DNA from: Camelus ferus
Lineage: Eukaryota
DNA: 64,000 nucleotides
NCBI RefSeq assembly: GCF_009834535.1
Contig: NC_045697.1
Span: forward strand, 102,240,001 to 102,304,000
Direction of reading: 5' to 3'
Positions 48,976 to 62,099 of the stretch are shown here, piece by piece. A program made the position numbers and the translations under genes. Each line of letters opens with the position of its first letter. The first letter of the stretch is position 1. The notes under the pieces are model-generated. The model searched no databases. It saw only the letters and a list, made by a program, of their open reading frames with translations, and was not told the DNA's origin.

Positions 48976-49614
48976 TCTACCTGGCTGTTCTCTGTTCTCT
49001 CAGATTCCTCTTGGGGTCCAGTGGCCTGTGGTTGAGTGTTTGGGGTGTGAACAGAAGGCATGCACCCTCTGTGGCACCGGGTCAGACCTCTGACCTACTT
49101 TTGTCATTTGGAGGCCACTCTGTGATACAGTCCTGTCACCTGGCCTGTATTGTTTGCAGTCTTTGGCCCAAAGCTCATCATGGAGCAGCGTGAGGACCAT
49201 GGAAGAAATCTGAGCAGATTGGGTAGTGCTGCTTAGAACCCAGCCAGAGAAATGTAGACACTGTTGAGGCCAGGGGCGTCTGTCTGCAACTCACAATGTG
49301 AAACAGAGAAAGATTGTGAGCAGGTCAGAATGGAAAGCACAATCTGCACGCTACACAAGACATACACCTTGTCCAGCCTAACTTGCGTTCTGCTAAGCTG
49401 AATGTTCTGTTGGATGTAAGATTTAATTTTTTCAAAATAATTTTTATGACTACCTTTAATGATTTAGATAGAGGACAGTTTAATTCTCTTGAAATGCAAC
49501 CTCCCCAAGGAAATGTTTGGTGAGTCCATTATGTTATAATTGGTTAAGCCATGAACTATGTTTTGCCTGATAAATTCAAAGCAAGGTTTACTTAATAACC
49601 ATGAAACTGTCTCA

Positions 49615-49935
49615 TCTCAGAAAGGTTAAGAGAATGTTTCTGGAGTCAAATTGTCTTGTATTAGAATCTCGGACATGCTACTTGCTAAGTGAGTGGTTTT
49701 TGGTAAATTACTCATCTCCCTTTCTTTTGTTTCCTTTTCTGAAAAAATGGGGATGATTAAAAAAGAATGCTTACTTTGTAGTATTTTTCTTTAAATGGAA
49801 GTACTGGGCTCAGTCCCAGGACCTCGTGCATGCTAAACACAGACTCGACACTGAGCTATACCCTCCCCACCAATAGCATTTTTGTGAGGTCAAACGGAGT
49901 AATCCACGTAGAGAATTTAATGAGTGCACTATAAT
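49615..49935 (+). mobile_element. MIR SINE split by a tRNA-derived SINE
   Basis: 'ggttaagagaatgtttctggagtcaaattgtctt...ggtaaattactcatctc...ctgaaaaaatggggatgat' resumes as 'tttttgtgaggtcaaacggagtaatccacgtag'. Confidence 0.75.
49789..49868 (-). mobile_element. tRNA-Ala-derived SINE (camelid vic-1-like)
   Basis: Reverse complement reads ggggagggtatagctcagtgtcgagtctgtgtttagcatgcacgaggtcctgggactgagcccagtacttccatt; probable TSD tagYattttt at 49779-49788 and 49874-49883. Confidence 0.85.
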
Positions 49936-50009
49936 ATGAGCCCTTTTGGGGGAGGATTTTTGGAGACACAAGCAAAAATCTATACGGGACAGAACTTAAC
50001 CACATCCTA

Positions 50010-51355
50010 ATCACTATTCCCACAAGAGCCGCAGGCAAACCCAGTTTACTTTCTATCTCTACGAGTGATTTGCCTCTCCTGGACATTTCATGTAAATGTA
50101 ACCATACAATAAGGAACCCTGTGCGCCTGGCTCTTTTCACTTTGAGTAATGATTCCAGGGTCATGCACATTGTGGCATGTATTTCATTCTTTTTATGGCT
50201 GAATAATATTCCATCATATGACTATACCACATTTTGTTTAATTAATCATCAGTTGGCGGACATTTGGACTGTTTTTGCTCTTTGGCCATTATGAATAATG
50301 CAGCTATGAAAATTCACATACAGCTTTTGCGTAAATATATATTCTCATTTCTCTTGTGCATATACCTATGTGTAGAATTGCTGAGTCATATAACTCCATT
50401 TTTAACTATTTTAGGAAATGCCAAACTATCTTCCAAAGTGGTTGCACCATTTTATATTTCTACCTGCAGTGTTTAAGTGTTCCAATTTCTCCACATCCTC
50501 ACCAACACTTGTTATTGTCCTTTTAAAAAAATTACTACTATTCTAGAGTGTGTGAAGTAGTATCTCACTGTGGTTTTGATTTGCATTTCCCTAATGACTA
50601 ATAATGCTGAGCATCTTTTCACATACTTATTGGCCATTTGTACATCTTCTTTAGAGAAATGTCTATTCGACTCCTTTGCCAATCTGAAAAATTTGAAATA
50701 CCCCTTTTTATTATTGAGTTGTAAGGGTTCTTTATGTATTCTATGTACTAGATCCTTATCAGATATATTATTTGGAAATATCTCCTCCCATTGTATGGGT
50801 TGTCTTTCAGTTTTCTTGATAGTATCCTTTGAAGCACAAACATTTTCAATTTTGAAAAAGCCTAATTTATCTATTTTTTAAGTTTTCATAGCTAAGAAAC
50901 CATTGCCTAATCCATGGTCACAAAGATTTTCACATATATTCTCTTCTAGAAGTTCTACAGTTTTAACTATTGCATTTAGATATTTGATCCATTTTGAGTT
51001 AATTTTTATATATTTTGTGAGTCTGGGGTCCAACTTTATTCTTTTGCATATGGATATTCAGTTGTCTTATCACCATTTGTTAAAAAGACTATTCTTTCTC
51101 CATTAAACTGTCTTACTGGGTCTAGAATTAATTGACCATAAATGTATGGGTTTATTTCCAAATCTAATCCATTTTGAGTTAAGTCTTAAGTTCATCTTTC
51201 TGCATGTGACTATCCAAATATCCTAGTGCCATTTATTGAAAAGAGGATTATTCCTTCCCTATTGAAATTGCTTTGGCACCTTTTTTGTAAATCAACTGAT
51301 TATAAGTGTAAGGGTCTATTTCTGGACTCTTAATTCTGTTCCCTTGTCTATCCTT
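50010..51355 (-). mobile_element. L1M (L1MA/MB-like) 3' region
   Basis: 'gtggttttgatttgcatttccctaatgactaataatgctgagcatcttttcacatacttattggccatttg...ttagagaaatgtctattc'; ORFs at 50070-51106 are antisense L1. Confidence 0.9.
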
Positions 51356-52479
51356 ACGAGTTGGTTATTTTTTCATTTTCTCCATAGGCATGCATGAAAA
51401 GGGAACATATTCTGCTCACATAGTAATTCCATGTCACTTTTTCTTCTAAAGAAAGTGAAGTAATTTAAGGCAGAAGTTAATCTAAAAAAAATGTGAAGTG
51501 AGGCACGGGTTAAACGAAATGATGGTCCACTGGAAGAAGACCCTGGAAATCATAAGAATGGAATTTAAATTTTAACCAAATTTTAATGAAAATTCACAGC
51601 TGATAGCTTCCCATTTTTGCTAATGAAAAGGTTGATAAGAAACACTTAAAAAAAAAAAAATCGAGAGTTCCAGGGCAGGTGTTGGGTAGGAGCTATATCA
51701 ATACTGATGGTAGATGTGTCACAGGCTACATCCCTGCAATTGATTTTCCTGCCACAAAATACATCTTTATTATTCCCCTGGCATGGACTAAATTAAAGAA
51801 CAGGGGACAGGAAAGAATTGTTGACAGATTCTACATGCAGTCAATGGGAGCCAGTGTCCTGGGAAGGAGGACTCACGGAACATTACCATTCTTGACACAA
51901 TGCACATGTTGTCCTCAGGAAGGAATGCAGAGAAAACACTCGACAGTCAGAATAGGATCTGCATGTGCTGGCTTGGTTGATGGACAGTAGAGTCTCCTAT
52001 ACCTGCCTCAGGCATTTAGCTGGTCAGCCTGAAGGAATTCTGCCCATGGGAAGTAGGAAGCCTAAAAACATCAAGCTAAAGGAAATGCAGAGGGAGCAAG
52101 GACCACATACTCCTCTCAGATCAGATCTGTTCTGATACAGGAGACGTTGGGAGAAACCACTGCAGAAAAGATAGGAACTAGACTACATTTGTTTCAGTTT
52201 TACCTAAATCTCTAGTCATTTTATTTAATAGCAAGATACAGAGAATGAACATACTAGAAAAGGGCACAGAGTTGAAACTCCAGCAGAAACATGTTAGTTC
52301 AGTAACAAAAAAAAAAAAAAAAAAAAAAGAGTGAACAAGAGATTTAATCTATATGCCAAAGGATAAGATATGACACTCCCCTAAGTGACAGGTCTTAAGA
52401 GTCATGTGACTATTTAGTAAACTTCACCTAGCTACTTTAAAAAAAAGTAAAACAAACAAACAAGCAAGCAAACCCAAAC

Positions 52480-52745
52480 TACTAGAGTCAGAAGAGTGGA
52501 GTGTTTTAGAGAACAGATGCAATCTGAGCATGATTTCCAGATCTGCCACTTACTGCTAGCTCTGTGAACCCGGGCAAGGAATTTAACTTCCTTCAGCCTC
52601 TGTAGATTCTTCTATGAAATGAGTGAATATTCTAAGTGCCTCACAGAGTTGTAGTAAAGATTGAATGTGTCACTATTTGGGAAGTACTTCTTAATACCTT
52701 ATTAAGTCCTTATCAAATACTTACTAAGTAGGTGCTTGCTATTAA
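52480..52745 (+). mobile_element. MIR SINE
   Basis: 'ccagatctgccacttactgctagctctgtgaacccgggcaaggaatttaacttcc...gcctcacagagttgtagtaaagattgaatg'. Confidence 0.8.
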
Positions 52746-52756
52746 AATACCTCTTC

Positions 52757-52970
52757 TTTTTTTAATTTTTTTAATTGACATATACTTGATTTACAATTTG
52801 TGTTAGTTTCTGGTGTACAGCATAGTGATTCAGTTATACATATATATATATTCTTCTTCATTATAGGTTATTACAAGCTATTGAATTTAGTTCCCTGTGC
52901 TCTACAGTAGGACCTTGTTGTTTATCTAGTTTATATATAGTAGTTTGTACCTGTTAATCCCAAACTCCTA
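52757..52970 (-). mobile_element. Short L1 3' tail insertion (cetartiodactyl type)
   Basis: Close homolog of 37432-37602: 'gatttacaatttgtgttagtttctggtgtacagcatagtgattcagttatacatatatat...gttccctgtgctctacagtaggaccttgttg'. Confidence 0.85.
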
Positions 52971-54924
52971 TTTTCCTTTATTATACATTCTTTTCAATTC
53001 CAAATGGAAAAATAAGGGGGAGGGAGTCATTTAAAGCTTAAAATATCAATTCATCCCACTTTTGTTCAAGGTAGTATCAATATTATTTGATGATAGGTAG
53101 TAAGAAATCAAATTGATGTTTAATAGGGTATTCAAAGTGCTAATTACATGGTGTTGATTCATAGTGAAATCAGCACTTCTGAAAAGAAGAGTTAAAAAGT
53201 AGATAAAGTTCTTCAGAATGAAAAATAAATCTATAATTATGAGGGTAATAAATCCATATTTTAAATTTTTTGCATGTAAATGACTATGTTTTATAAAATA
53301 GTTTTTACTTAGAAAAGTGGAACAGAGAAAGTCAAGTTTACATGGTTTTCATGGTAGATGTGCTACTGAAAAGCTAAGTTCAAGCAGGATGTTTGAACAT
53401 TTAATAGATTATAAATGATCCTTTGTGTGAAGTGACAAATCCTTTCTGTAATGTGAATTACCTTACTAATTTAATTTGTGTGTATGTATATGTACATATA
53501 CATTTATATCTACACACACATAATTGTTTAAAATTTAAAGTAAAATCAAGAAATAGGTGCATCAGTGGAGGTGAATGTATAGTTTCTAAATGCATTGGCA
53601 TCTCTACATGATCAGGAGAAGCAATATCGCCTTTCTTCGTGGTCATTAAAGCCTTTGGACATGCCACGTGAGAAGTTGATGCTCTCCCAGGCTCTGGCCA
53701 AAGTTAAGGTCAAGCTCTGGCATGGAACTACTTAACAGTGGCCTGTGGAGTTTGGGACTAAGGAAATTATATCCCCCTTTATGTACAAGAGAGACAAGCT
53801 GGCAATAGCTCCCTTATGAGGTGATCCCATTTCACTCAAGCAAATGCCGTAACCTCAAACGAGATCTTCACAATGCTCCATCTCAGTCTTAACTCTACAT
53901 GTAGTTCTGTCTTCCTGTTTTGCACTTAGTTCTTTTCCTCTTATTTCTTGTTCTATCTGAATCTGCAGAATTTTGTGTTTAATAACATTCTCTAAGGTCA
54001 TTTTAGCCTCCCTACCTTCCTTCTCCATTCCTCGCTATCCCCCTATTTCTTTCCAGAAAATCAATTTCTATTCACCACCTTCTTCAACCTGGCTGCTAGC
54101 ATTTCCCCAGCCATCCTGTTAGAGCTTTATGGTTTGTTTGCACCTACGGGATGTAACGCTACACTGTTCACTGTGGTTGCCAAGCAATGGCATGTCATTA
54201 ACCCCCAAGGGAATTCCTAAGTTCCCAAACACACTCCCTCAAAAAGGTCATCTTCGAGACATCTGTCTTCCTTGCTGACCTGCTGCCGATAGGCAACAGC
54301 TGTTGGGCCATAATCAGCTCGTGTCATATCCATTGTCTACTGCAATTATTATACACCGAGAAATTCATGCTTCCTCCAGGGGGATCTAATTGTTCTGAGA
54401 AGCCAGCCCTACCAGGTGGCTCTGTTTGTGAACAGAGTAATTCTCCCTGAGGAATGCTGGTTACTGTTCCCAGGAATTTTCTCATCTAGAGAGACTATGT
54501 ACCACCAATAAGGAAACCCTCTATGCCATCCTGGGGTCACCCTTGCCTACAGTACCCATACCGTTCCCAGCTGTCCATCCAGCAGCTCTTCAATGCCAAA
54601 TGCAAGGGAATATCTCAAAACTCTCGTTTGATGTGCACTGCCCATCTCAAGCTGCATTCTTATCAATTACTTTCTTAGGCAAATAGATGTATTAGTTTAT
54701 TGATTTCCCCTAATACCTTGCCTCAAGTTTACTTTTGCTTACAATGTTTGCCTGTGTAGCATCCCCTCCCTCAGTTCTTGCCCACTGCCTTTAGTCTAAT
54801 CATCCTCCAAAATCAAGCTCAAGTCTCACCATCTTCTGTGGAATCTGCCCTGCTTTGAGATTTATCCCTCTCAATTTCCTTTAGTACTTTCTTTTTCTAC
54901 CACTGATTTGACCATTATCACATG

Positions 54925-55075
54925 TCTTCTACAGAATTCCAATATTTTATAGTTGGAAGGGACCTGAGATGATGTACCTGTTTCCTCTTTTATACAAGTG
55001 ATGAACTGAGACCTAGGGAATCCAAGGGACTTTTGCAGGAACCCAACTCCCTCCCTCTGAACCCAAGGGGACCTG
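54925..55075 (-). mobile_element. MIR/MIR3 SINE
   Basis: 'ttttatagttggaagggacctgagatgat...cttttatacaagtgatgaactgagaccta'. Confidence 0.55.
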
Positions 55076-55439
55076 AGGCTCTGCTCTTCCACAGCCGGGC
55101 TCTTGACACTGAAGAAGAAGGCGCTGGCCTGCCGCTTTGAAGCGCAGAGGAGAGGGAGCCTACATCTGGGTCCCGGACAGAGGAAGGCTCAGGAAGATGG
55201 AGAGCTTCATTTCCAAGGACATAGGCGAAGACCAACCGTCAGCCACCACGTAAAGGGTTAGCCACAGGGACCAATCACACTTGAGTGACTAGTTCTAGGA
55301 GTCAAGGCAGGAAATATCTACTATGGCCATGGCATCCAGGGGCATTAGAAACCTTTTAAAAATAATTAGAAAATGAGACCTTAGGGAAGAAGCTACTGGA
55401 AATGTGTACCAGTTCATATACAAAACTGACATGGTGGTA

Positions 55440-55567
55440 GTGTGTATATTCATATATGCAGCTATGTATGTATATGTGTGTGTATATATACTGCCATGTA
55501 CATATATATTACGTATCAATCATATATATGAGATACATCTATCACATATGTATTATATATACGTATG
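55440..55567. repeat. (TA/TG/CA)-rich low-complexity tract
   Basis: Read directly; explains the Y/I/V/C-rich ORFs at 55295 and 55404. Confidence 0.85.
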
Positions 55568-55607
55568 TCTTTTCTGGTACTTGCTTGTGACTTTCTTGAG
55601 GGCTGTG

Positions 55608-55655
55608 ACTGTCTTTGACATATCTGGAGCCACTGTCTTTGACATATCTGGAGCC
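55608..55655. repeat. Perfect 24-bp tandem duplication
   Basis: actgtctttgacatatctggagcc twice, at 55608-55631 and 55632-55655. Confidence 0.95.
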
Positions 55656-58600
55656 CTGGCTGTGCCTCCTTCACAGGAGGAAGACAACAAAAGTTGGTTG
55701 TCGTTGATGGTGAGTTTCACCTGGTCCTTAGGAAGCTTTCTCAGTTGAGATGCAGGTCTTAAAGTTACAAGGTAAGGGCCTTAATGAGCTGCAAACCCCT
55801 CTGAGGCTGCCTTCTCCCCCTTTCTAGCTGTGGCTACGTTCCCACCCTACAGTTGCTATTTGAATGCCATGCTCAAGTGCCAAGTTTGCAGGCAAAACCC
55901 TCTGACGACAAGGTGACCTCCCACTGCTCCCTGAGGTTCCAGAGGGCAGTCAGCCCAAGGGGCATCTGAACATCAAGGTCTCTCTCTGGCCTTTGGAAAC
56001 TCCAGCTGGTGTGTGTTGGGGGGCTCTGTTGGCAAGAGAACTGACATGATCTGCTTAGCAGACTTTCTGGGCTGGACCCGTGTTGGATTTAACCTAACTA
56101 GTACAGACAAGTCTGAGATTTTTAAGGGCCACTTGCAATTACAATGCTGGAGTCATTCAGAGAGAATGATGCTGCAGCCTTCAGACCAGCCTGCCTCAAG
56201 TCACCCACATCACCTCGTTCACCCCCACTCGTCTTTTTTCCCTACCTCCTTGGTCCTTCTGAGCACACAGCCCTGGCCCTGCCTACGCAGAGCTGGCCTC
56301 AGTGGCGTTCTCAGTTCAGACTCATTTAGTCTCCTGCCAGACCTGGCCTCCTCCCAGGCTAAAAATCTAGTGACAGAAATTCTTTGAATTAAGTGGGAAA
56401 CGCAAGCCATTTGCTGCTCACAAAAGAACGGCAGGCAGGACCAGACCTATCCTGAGACAGGTGAGCTTCACTAGGAAGGGAAAAGTGAAATGTTAGCACT
56501 CACACCTCTTTTAGAAAATATGCAGATGAAGGCATTCCTGTTGTGAAATACCGAGGGGGCGGCAACAGATCATGAGGGAAATTTGATAGGCATGAGAAAG
56601 CACTTACGGGGCCCCTCTGACCCCTGACGTTCTGGTCTCCCTCCCCAGCAAGTGGTGTGACTCCGGTCAACTGTCACTTATCCACGGTGACTGGGGCAGC
56701 GGGAGCATGGCTAATGGAAGTCCTTTGTGAATACTCAAGCCTTGGTTTCATCCTTAATTTCATCCTCCTTCCCCACCAAACCTTCTGCCAGAGCCGCTAA
56801 GTGGCCGGGCTGGAATCTCAATGCCCAGCCCACCCTCAGGAAAAGTGCTAACTGAACTGGGGTAGAGGTCTCAGCAGGTTCAAGGACCAGAGTAAATTAA
56901 TGAAAAGCAACACCCAACAATTCCTCAAAGTAAACAGATCCCCAGCTTCCCGGGAAAAGCTCTGATAACTGAAAGTAGGTGGGGCTATGCCTGCCAGAAG
57001 CAGATCGGCTCATGTCAGGTTTTAAGTCCCTGTCCTAGCTAGCACCGAAGCATCATGGATGGGGCTCAGGGGAGGGGGGTGGTGGGCCACAATATGCTTG
57101 TGGGCAGAAGTGTCCTTTCCCCGCTCCTAACTTACTGTCAGATTCCTTCTTTGGATATAACTGGGGTCGATGATAGAAAAGGAGTCAAAGTGTTCATTTA
57201 TATAAATTAAAAAGTCAGGAAGAAAAGCTGGGCATGATAAACAATGTCTAAGCTGAGACCCACGGGGAAACGGCATCCTGTGACGACGTGCCCTTGGCTT
57301 CCATGTTTGCCAGGGCTGGTGTCAAGCAGATGCCTCCAGAGCCTCCTGTCAGCTGTTGGCCCTGGTGCGTGAAACTGCTCGAAAACAAATCAACGAATTC
57401 TTTGTGTTTGTGTTTGATTCCCCTAGTGTGAGGTCCTCAGATATTACCAGACCCACACACTCTCTTCCAGCTCCCTTAATTGTAAGTGCTTTTCACAGGC
57501 AAAAATATGCTTAGGGTGAACGGCTAAAAAGAGTCTTGCTTTTTCTCACAGCTGCTTCTTCCTAAGTTTGTAGAAGAGCTGACTTTGTGGGGGAGCCGCA
57601 TGATGTCATATTAGTCATGGCATCATTTTTCAACTGGTGAAAAAAAAAACCTCCCTCCACCTGCAAAAATTAAATTGGTATCATTCTCCTTACATTTTTA
57701 TATCATGTCTTAGGAAAAAGAATCCACCACCCAAACTCTTGACTGGATACCACTTTATCCAGTGGTTGAAAAATAATGTTATGACTAAAGGTCTGTCATT
57801 CTTCCTTCCGTTTGACACTAAGATTTAAGGAGAAAGCAGATTGAAGGGAAAACATCAAAGAAATGCACTTTCTCGTGTACCTTTCCCAAAGCAATGACAC
57901 TTTTATGTGAAAGGCTGCAAATGATATTTAAAATTCCTTTCAATCTTGATCACAGTTTTAAAGTTCCAAAAAGAATGCCCCAGATATGAACTATCTCTCA
58001 AATGTGTATGTCACCCATCTTTTCCATATTATATAAGCATATGAGGACAGGAATGACATCTTTTCTTATTTTATACTCTGTCATGTCAGTGACAAACTGA
58101 TGATCATTTTAATAGCATTGACAGCAATCCTGCATTTCATTTTGTTGATGTTAAATATTTTTTATGGTCACAATGAACGTATCTAAAGCAGTAATACTTC
58201 TCATGTCTCCTTAAGTCGAGTTCCATTTATTAGAATAAAGCAGGAGAGAAGGAGATTAAAAGACAGACTTTCCTGGGATCTACATTCTTTTTCAGTTGTC
58301 TGTTAGGCAGGGGGCAGGCTACATCTGAGGGCAAGTAATGGCATAATTAGATGCAGGTTGACTATCTCACTTTGGAAAATTGACTAGATGTGGCCAAATG
58401 AATTTTGGCAAACTTAAGATAAACAGTGAAACAGAATCTCAAAGTACTGATAAGTAGACACTTTTCATTGTTCATATGCAGACAAGGGTGGGTAAAAGAA
58501 CTCTGAAATTTCAAACCACCAGTATCCTTACGCATGGAGACTAAATTAGAAAAAAAAAACAGGCTTCTGACAGCCTGTGGTCACTCTGGTTAAAAGCTCA

Positions 58601-60299
58601 CAACCAAACCACCAGGATTTTACCAAGTTCACAACAAATTTTCAAGGTTGATTTCTTTTGAAAATACACAAAAACCATTTATTTAGACATTTTATATCAT
58701 TGATTCAGTCAAGAACAAGTTAAAATTTGTAATTCCATAGCAAACCGAATCCAGATTTAAACCCGCTTGTAGGTCTTTTCACAGAATAATTTTGGGAAAA
58801 TAAATCAGTGTTTCTCTGTGTTTTTTGGTATGTTAGTTGTTTATTTCTTTACTCCAGTTTGCTCCTAAAGGAGTCTATCTATCCTTGAATAAATTCCTTT
58901 TCCAGTGTACTTGCTGCCATTTTTTTCCTGTGGAAATGCTGTGAGAAGTTTCCTAATTTTCTTTTGCGCACTTAGTTGTGAGAATCAATTCAATTCAAGA
59001 CACATTGAAGAGTTAGAAAGGATACTTTCATTATAGAGGAAAATGACAGATTTAAACCCAGTTCTGCCCTCAAACGCAGCCAATTGGATTTCATATTTGG
59101 GGGCAGGGTTAACAAAAATCTGGTGGAATGGCTTTGTGAGATCACAGGAGGAAGCAATAGTTTTATTAAAATTATTCATGCTTTTTCTAGTTTGAGGGAA
59201 GTGTTATAAAAAAATCTGGATCTGTTCAATGAAAATACAGAGCAATTCTCTCAGAGTATGATTGATCAATGTTTGAAAATGTACAGAGAAGTAAAGCTTG
59301 GGTAAAGCCACTGGGCCCTCACCTTCCTTCGTGTAAGGCAGCCGATCCTTGAGCAGAATCTTTGTGCAAAGTGGATGCTTCTGTGGCTCACAGCAGATAA
59401 GCCTTCCCCATCACAGCTCGCATGTGACCTTTGTAACTTCCCGTATGCCTCGTCTTTTCTAAATTCATTGTCCCTATCAAAACTCACCAGCTCTAAGTCT
59501 TCCCTTCTCGAGGTCTTAGAGAATCAAGGTTTTACTTGCATACTGTAGCACTAATGGCTTCTTGAAGTCTGCAGTTGTTGTCAGAAGGGTCTAGAACTTA
59601 GACAAAACTGTGTGCCTTTGGTATTTCCCTTTCTCCAGGCTTTTGAGGGTGGACAGTCCTCTTCCATCACAAACACCCTTTGGAAAAAATTTAAGAATAT
59701 TAATAGATTTGATTTTGTTACAACAAACTCTTGCAGATGTGAGAGCTGTTTATTGTGTAACTAAAATGAATTTCCCCACCTATAGCCTGATCCACTTGCA
59801 GAAGCTTTCCTCATTTAACTTTTGGAAGGAAATCTATTTCTTTTATTTAGGGAAAGATCACAAGTGATTCCCCCTCCCACCCACCACTTCTCTAAGAACT
59901 AACAATTAGGAGTATGTTAAGAATGACATTAAAATATGGGCCATGGCAAGTAAACTACTCAAGGTTAATATGTATTTTTCTACTGATAAGATTAAAATAT
60001 CAGTCATAGTTTGGACTAGGTGACCTTTTAAGATGCTTTACAATTCTGAGTATCTGTGATTCTATTCTATTTTTCACAAGCATAAATCCTTATTTAATCA
60101 TTTCAGCTATCATAGATAATAAAATCACACTAGACAAAGTCTTAGAACAACTCATTCAAAGTTTAACACAATCTTCTCATTTTGCAGAAAAAGTAATTGA
60201 ATATTTCAAGTCCCATAACTAGTAATTCAGCCCAGATATATTTCTGCTGTTTCCCACATTCCAGCCTGCCTCTAGAAATGTTTACAGAAGCATTTGAGA

Positions 60300-61790
60300 A
60301 GTTAAACATTTGACGTCTATTTTTTTTAATGCTTACCATTAAATTCTTAGCATGCATACTTGGCATAAATTTATTGCATCTGCATTCCACTCCTTTTTTC
60401 TGAGATCCATCTTCCTTGTTCTGAAGTATTTCTCAGTGTTTGTTTGTTGTTGTTTCAGTGAGGGTCTATTTATGAGTGATAAATATTCATAGTGCTTTAT
60501 CTAAAAATGTCTTATTTCATCCTTATTATGGAGTCATAATTTCTTTGGGCTTAAATGCTTAATTGAAAATTATTTTCTCTCAGAACTTAGAAGATATGAT
60601 TACATTGTCTTCTTTCATATGAAGTCTGTTATCAGTCCAAAGGACATCTCCTTTGTAGGTAATCTACGTTTTCTTCTTGATTTCTTTTCTGACTCTGGAT
60701 CATGCGTATCCATCCTCTTTTTAATACTTGCTTTCCTGAAATTCTCTATATTCTTGACCCTCCTGAAATTATTCTTAAACATACATTGGATTTTATAATT
60801 CTATTCTTTACATTTATTAGCCTCTCTTTCATATTTCCATCTTTTTGTTTCTCTGTGCTATTTATCCTGTGCTACTTCCCAAGATCTATCTTCTAGTTCA
60901 CCAATTCTCTCTTTGGCTATGTTTAATTTACTTTTTTAATTCATCTGATAAATGTTTAATTTTATGACTGTTTCCTTTTTTTAAGGTTTTTTTTTAATGC
61001 TTAGTTTTTATTTATTTTAAATCTCCATGATGATTTTTCATACAAACTTATTCTTTTATCATGGGTTCTATTTTTTTTTTTTACCTTGATAATCATTAAA
61101 ATTATTATTTCATAATTCTTTTCAGAGTATTCTATTACATCTAGTTCTTGGGAAACTGACTTTCTTGTCTATTAAATATGTGAATTATCCCTCAGTAATT
61201 AATGTCTTCCTACTGTTTATATATTTTTATAATGAGCTTGCTCTCTCTTGCCTTCTCTCTCTGTTTTTCTCTCTCATAAATCTGTGAGAGTCTCACACTT
61301 GGGGTGGTGTGAGTGCCGCTAGAAATTAGTTTGAAGTTTTTTTTTTAACCTGGGGCCTGGTGGGTTCATATTTTATATTAATTTCTTATATATTGAATTT
61401 TATATTAGTTCTTTCAAAATATATCCATATGAATTTCTTATCTAAGATTGCACACAATTAAAGTAGTATCATCCCAAATTCCCAAGCTTTGCTGACTGCT
61501 GCCCTTTGGTTATTGTAGGTACCATTTTTTTTAACCCAAATCCCAGATGAATGACTTTATCCCTGAATTCCTGGAAGGTGGAGAAGCTTTCTATTTCCAT
61601 TTTCATAGTCTGAACAACTTTTGGGTTTGTGCAGTGAGATTAGTTCCAGCTCCCTATCTCTCTTGGACTCAAGACTCTATCTGCTGTTTCCCGAAGGTTG
61701 TTTAAAAGACCCCAGTATCCAATGTCTAGGGCCCATAACTGTGGCTGGAACCTTCATTTGGATTTATTATTCTTTTCTGGAACCTAGAGA
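60300..61790 (-). mobile_element. Very old L1ME/HAL1-like remnant
   Basis: T-rich, with 'tctaaaaatgtcttatttcatccttatt', 'ttattttctctcagaactt', 'gaagtctgttatcagtc...cctttgtaggtaatct', 'gatctatcttctagttcaccaattctctctttggct'. Confidence 0.6.
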
Positions 61791-62099
61791 TTTCTTTTTT
61801 TTTAATCAAGTTTATTTTACTTTTATGTTTTATTAAAGTTTATTTCACTTTTATTTTTTAAGTATTTGACCAACAAAACGGTCATCTATATTAGTGTTGT
61901 CAAACATCCTAACGTATTTTAAAAAGATTTTCTGCAGGTCTATTCCATACCTTTTATCATTCTATTTTTAATTATGAGTCTGAGATAAAGTGCTGGTGTT
62001 CAATTTCCCAGAATCTAAGGAAATGAAGTGACATATTAACAACTGGCTCAATCATCTCTTCATTTCTTTTAACATTAATTCTTAGCATCAATAACATAA

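Noticed and set aside
51361..51450. Strong + strand acceptors at 51387, 33826 and 57550
   Set aside because: No convincing donor or recognisable reading frame follows. Isolated acceptor-like motifs are common in introns.
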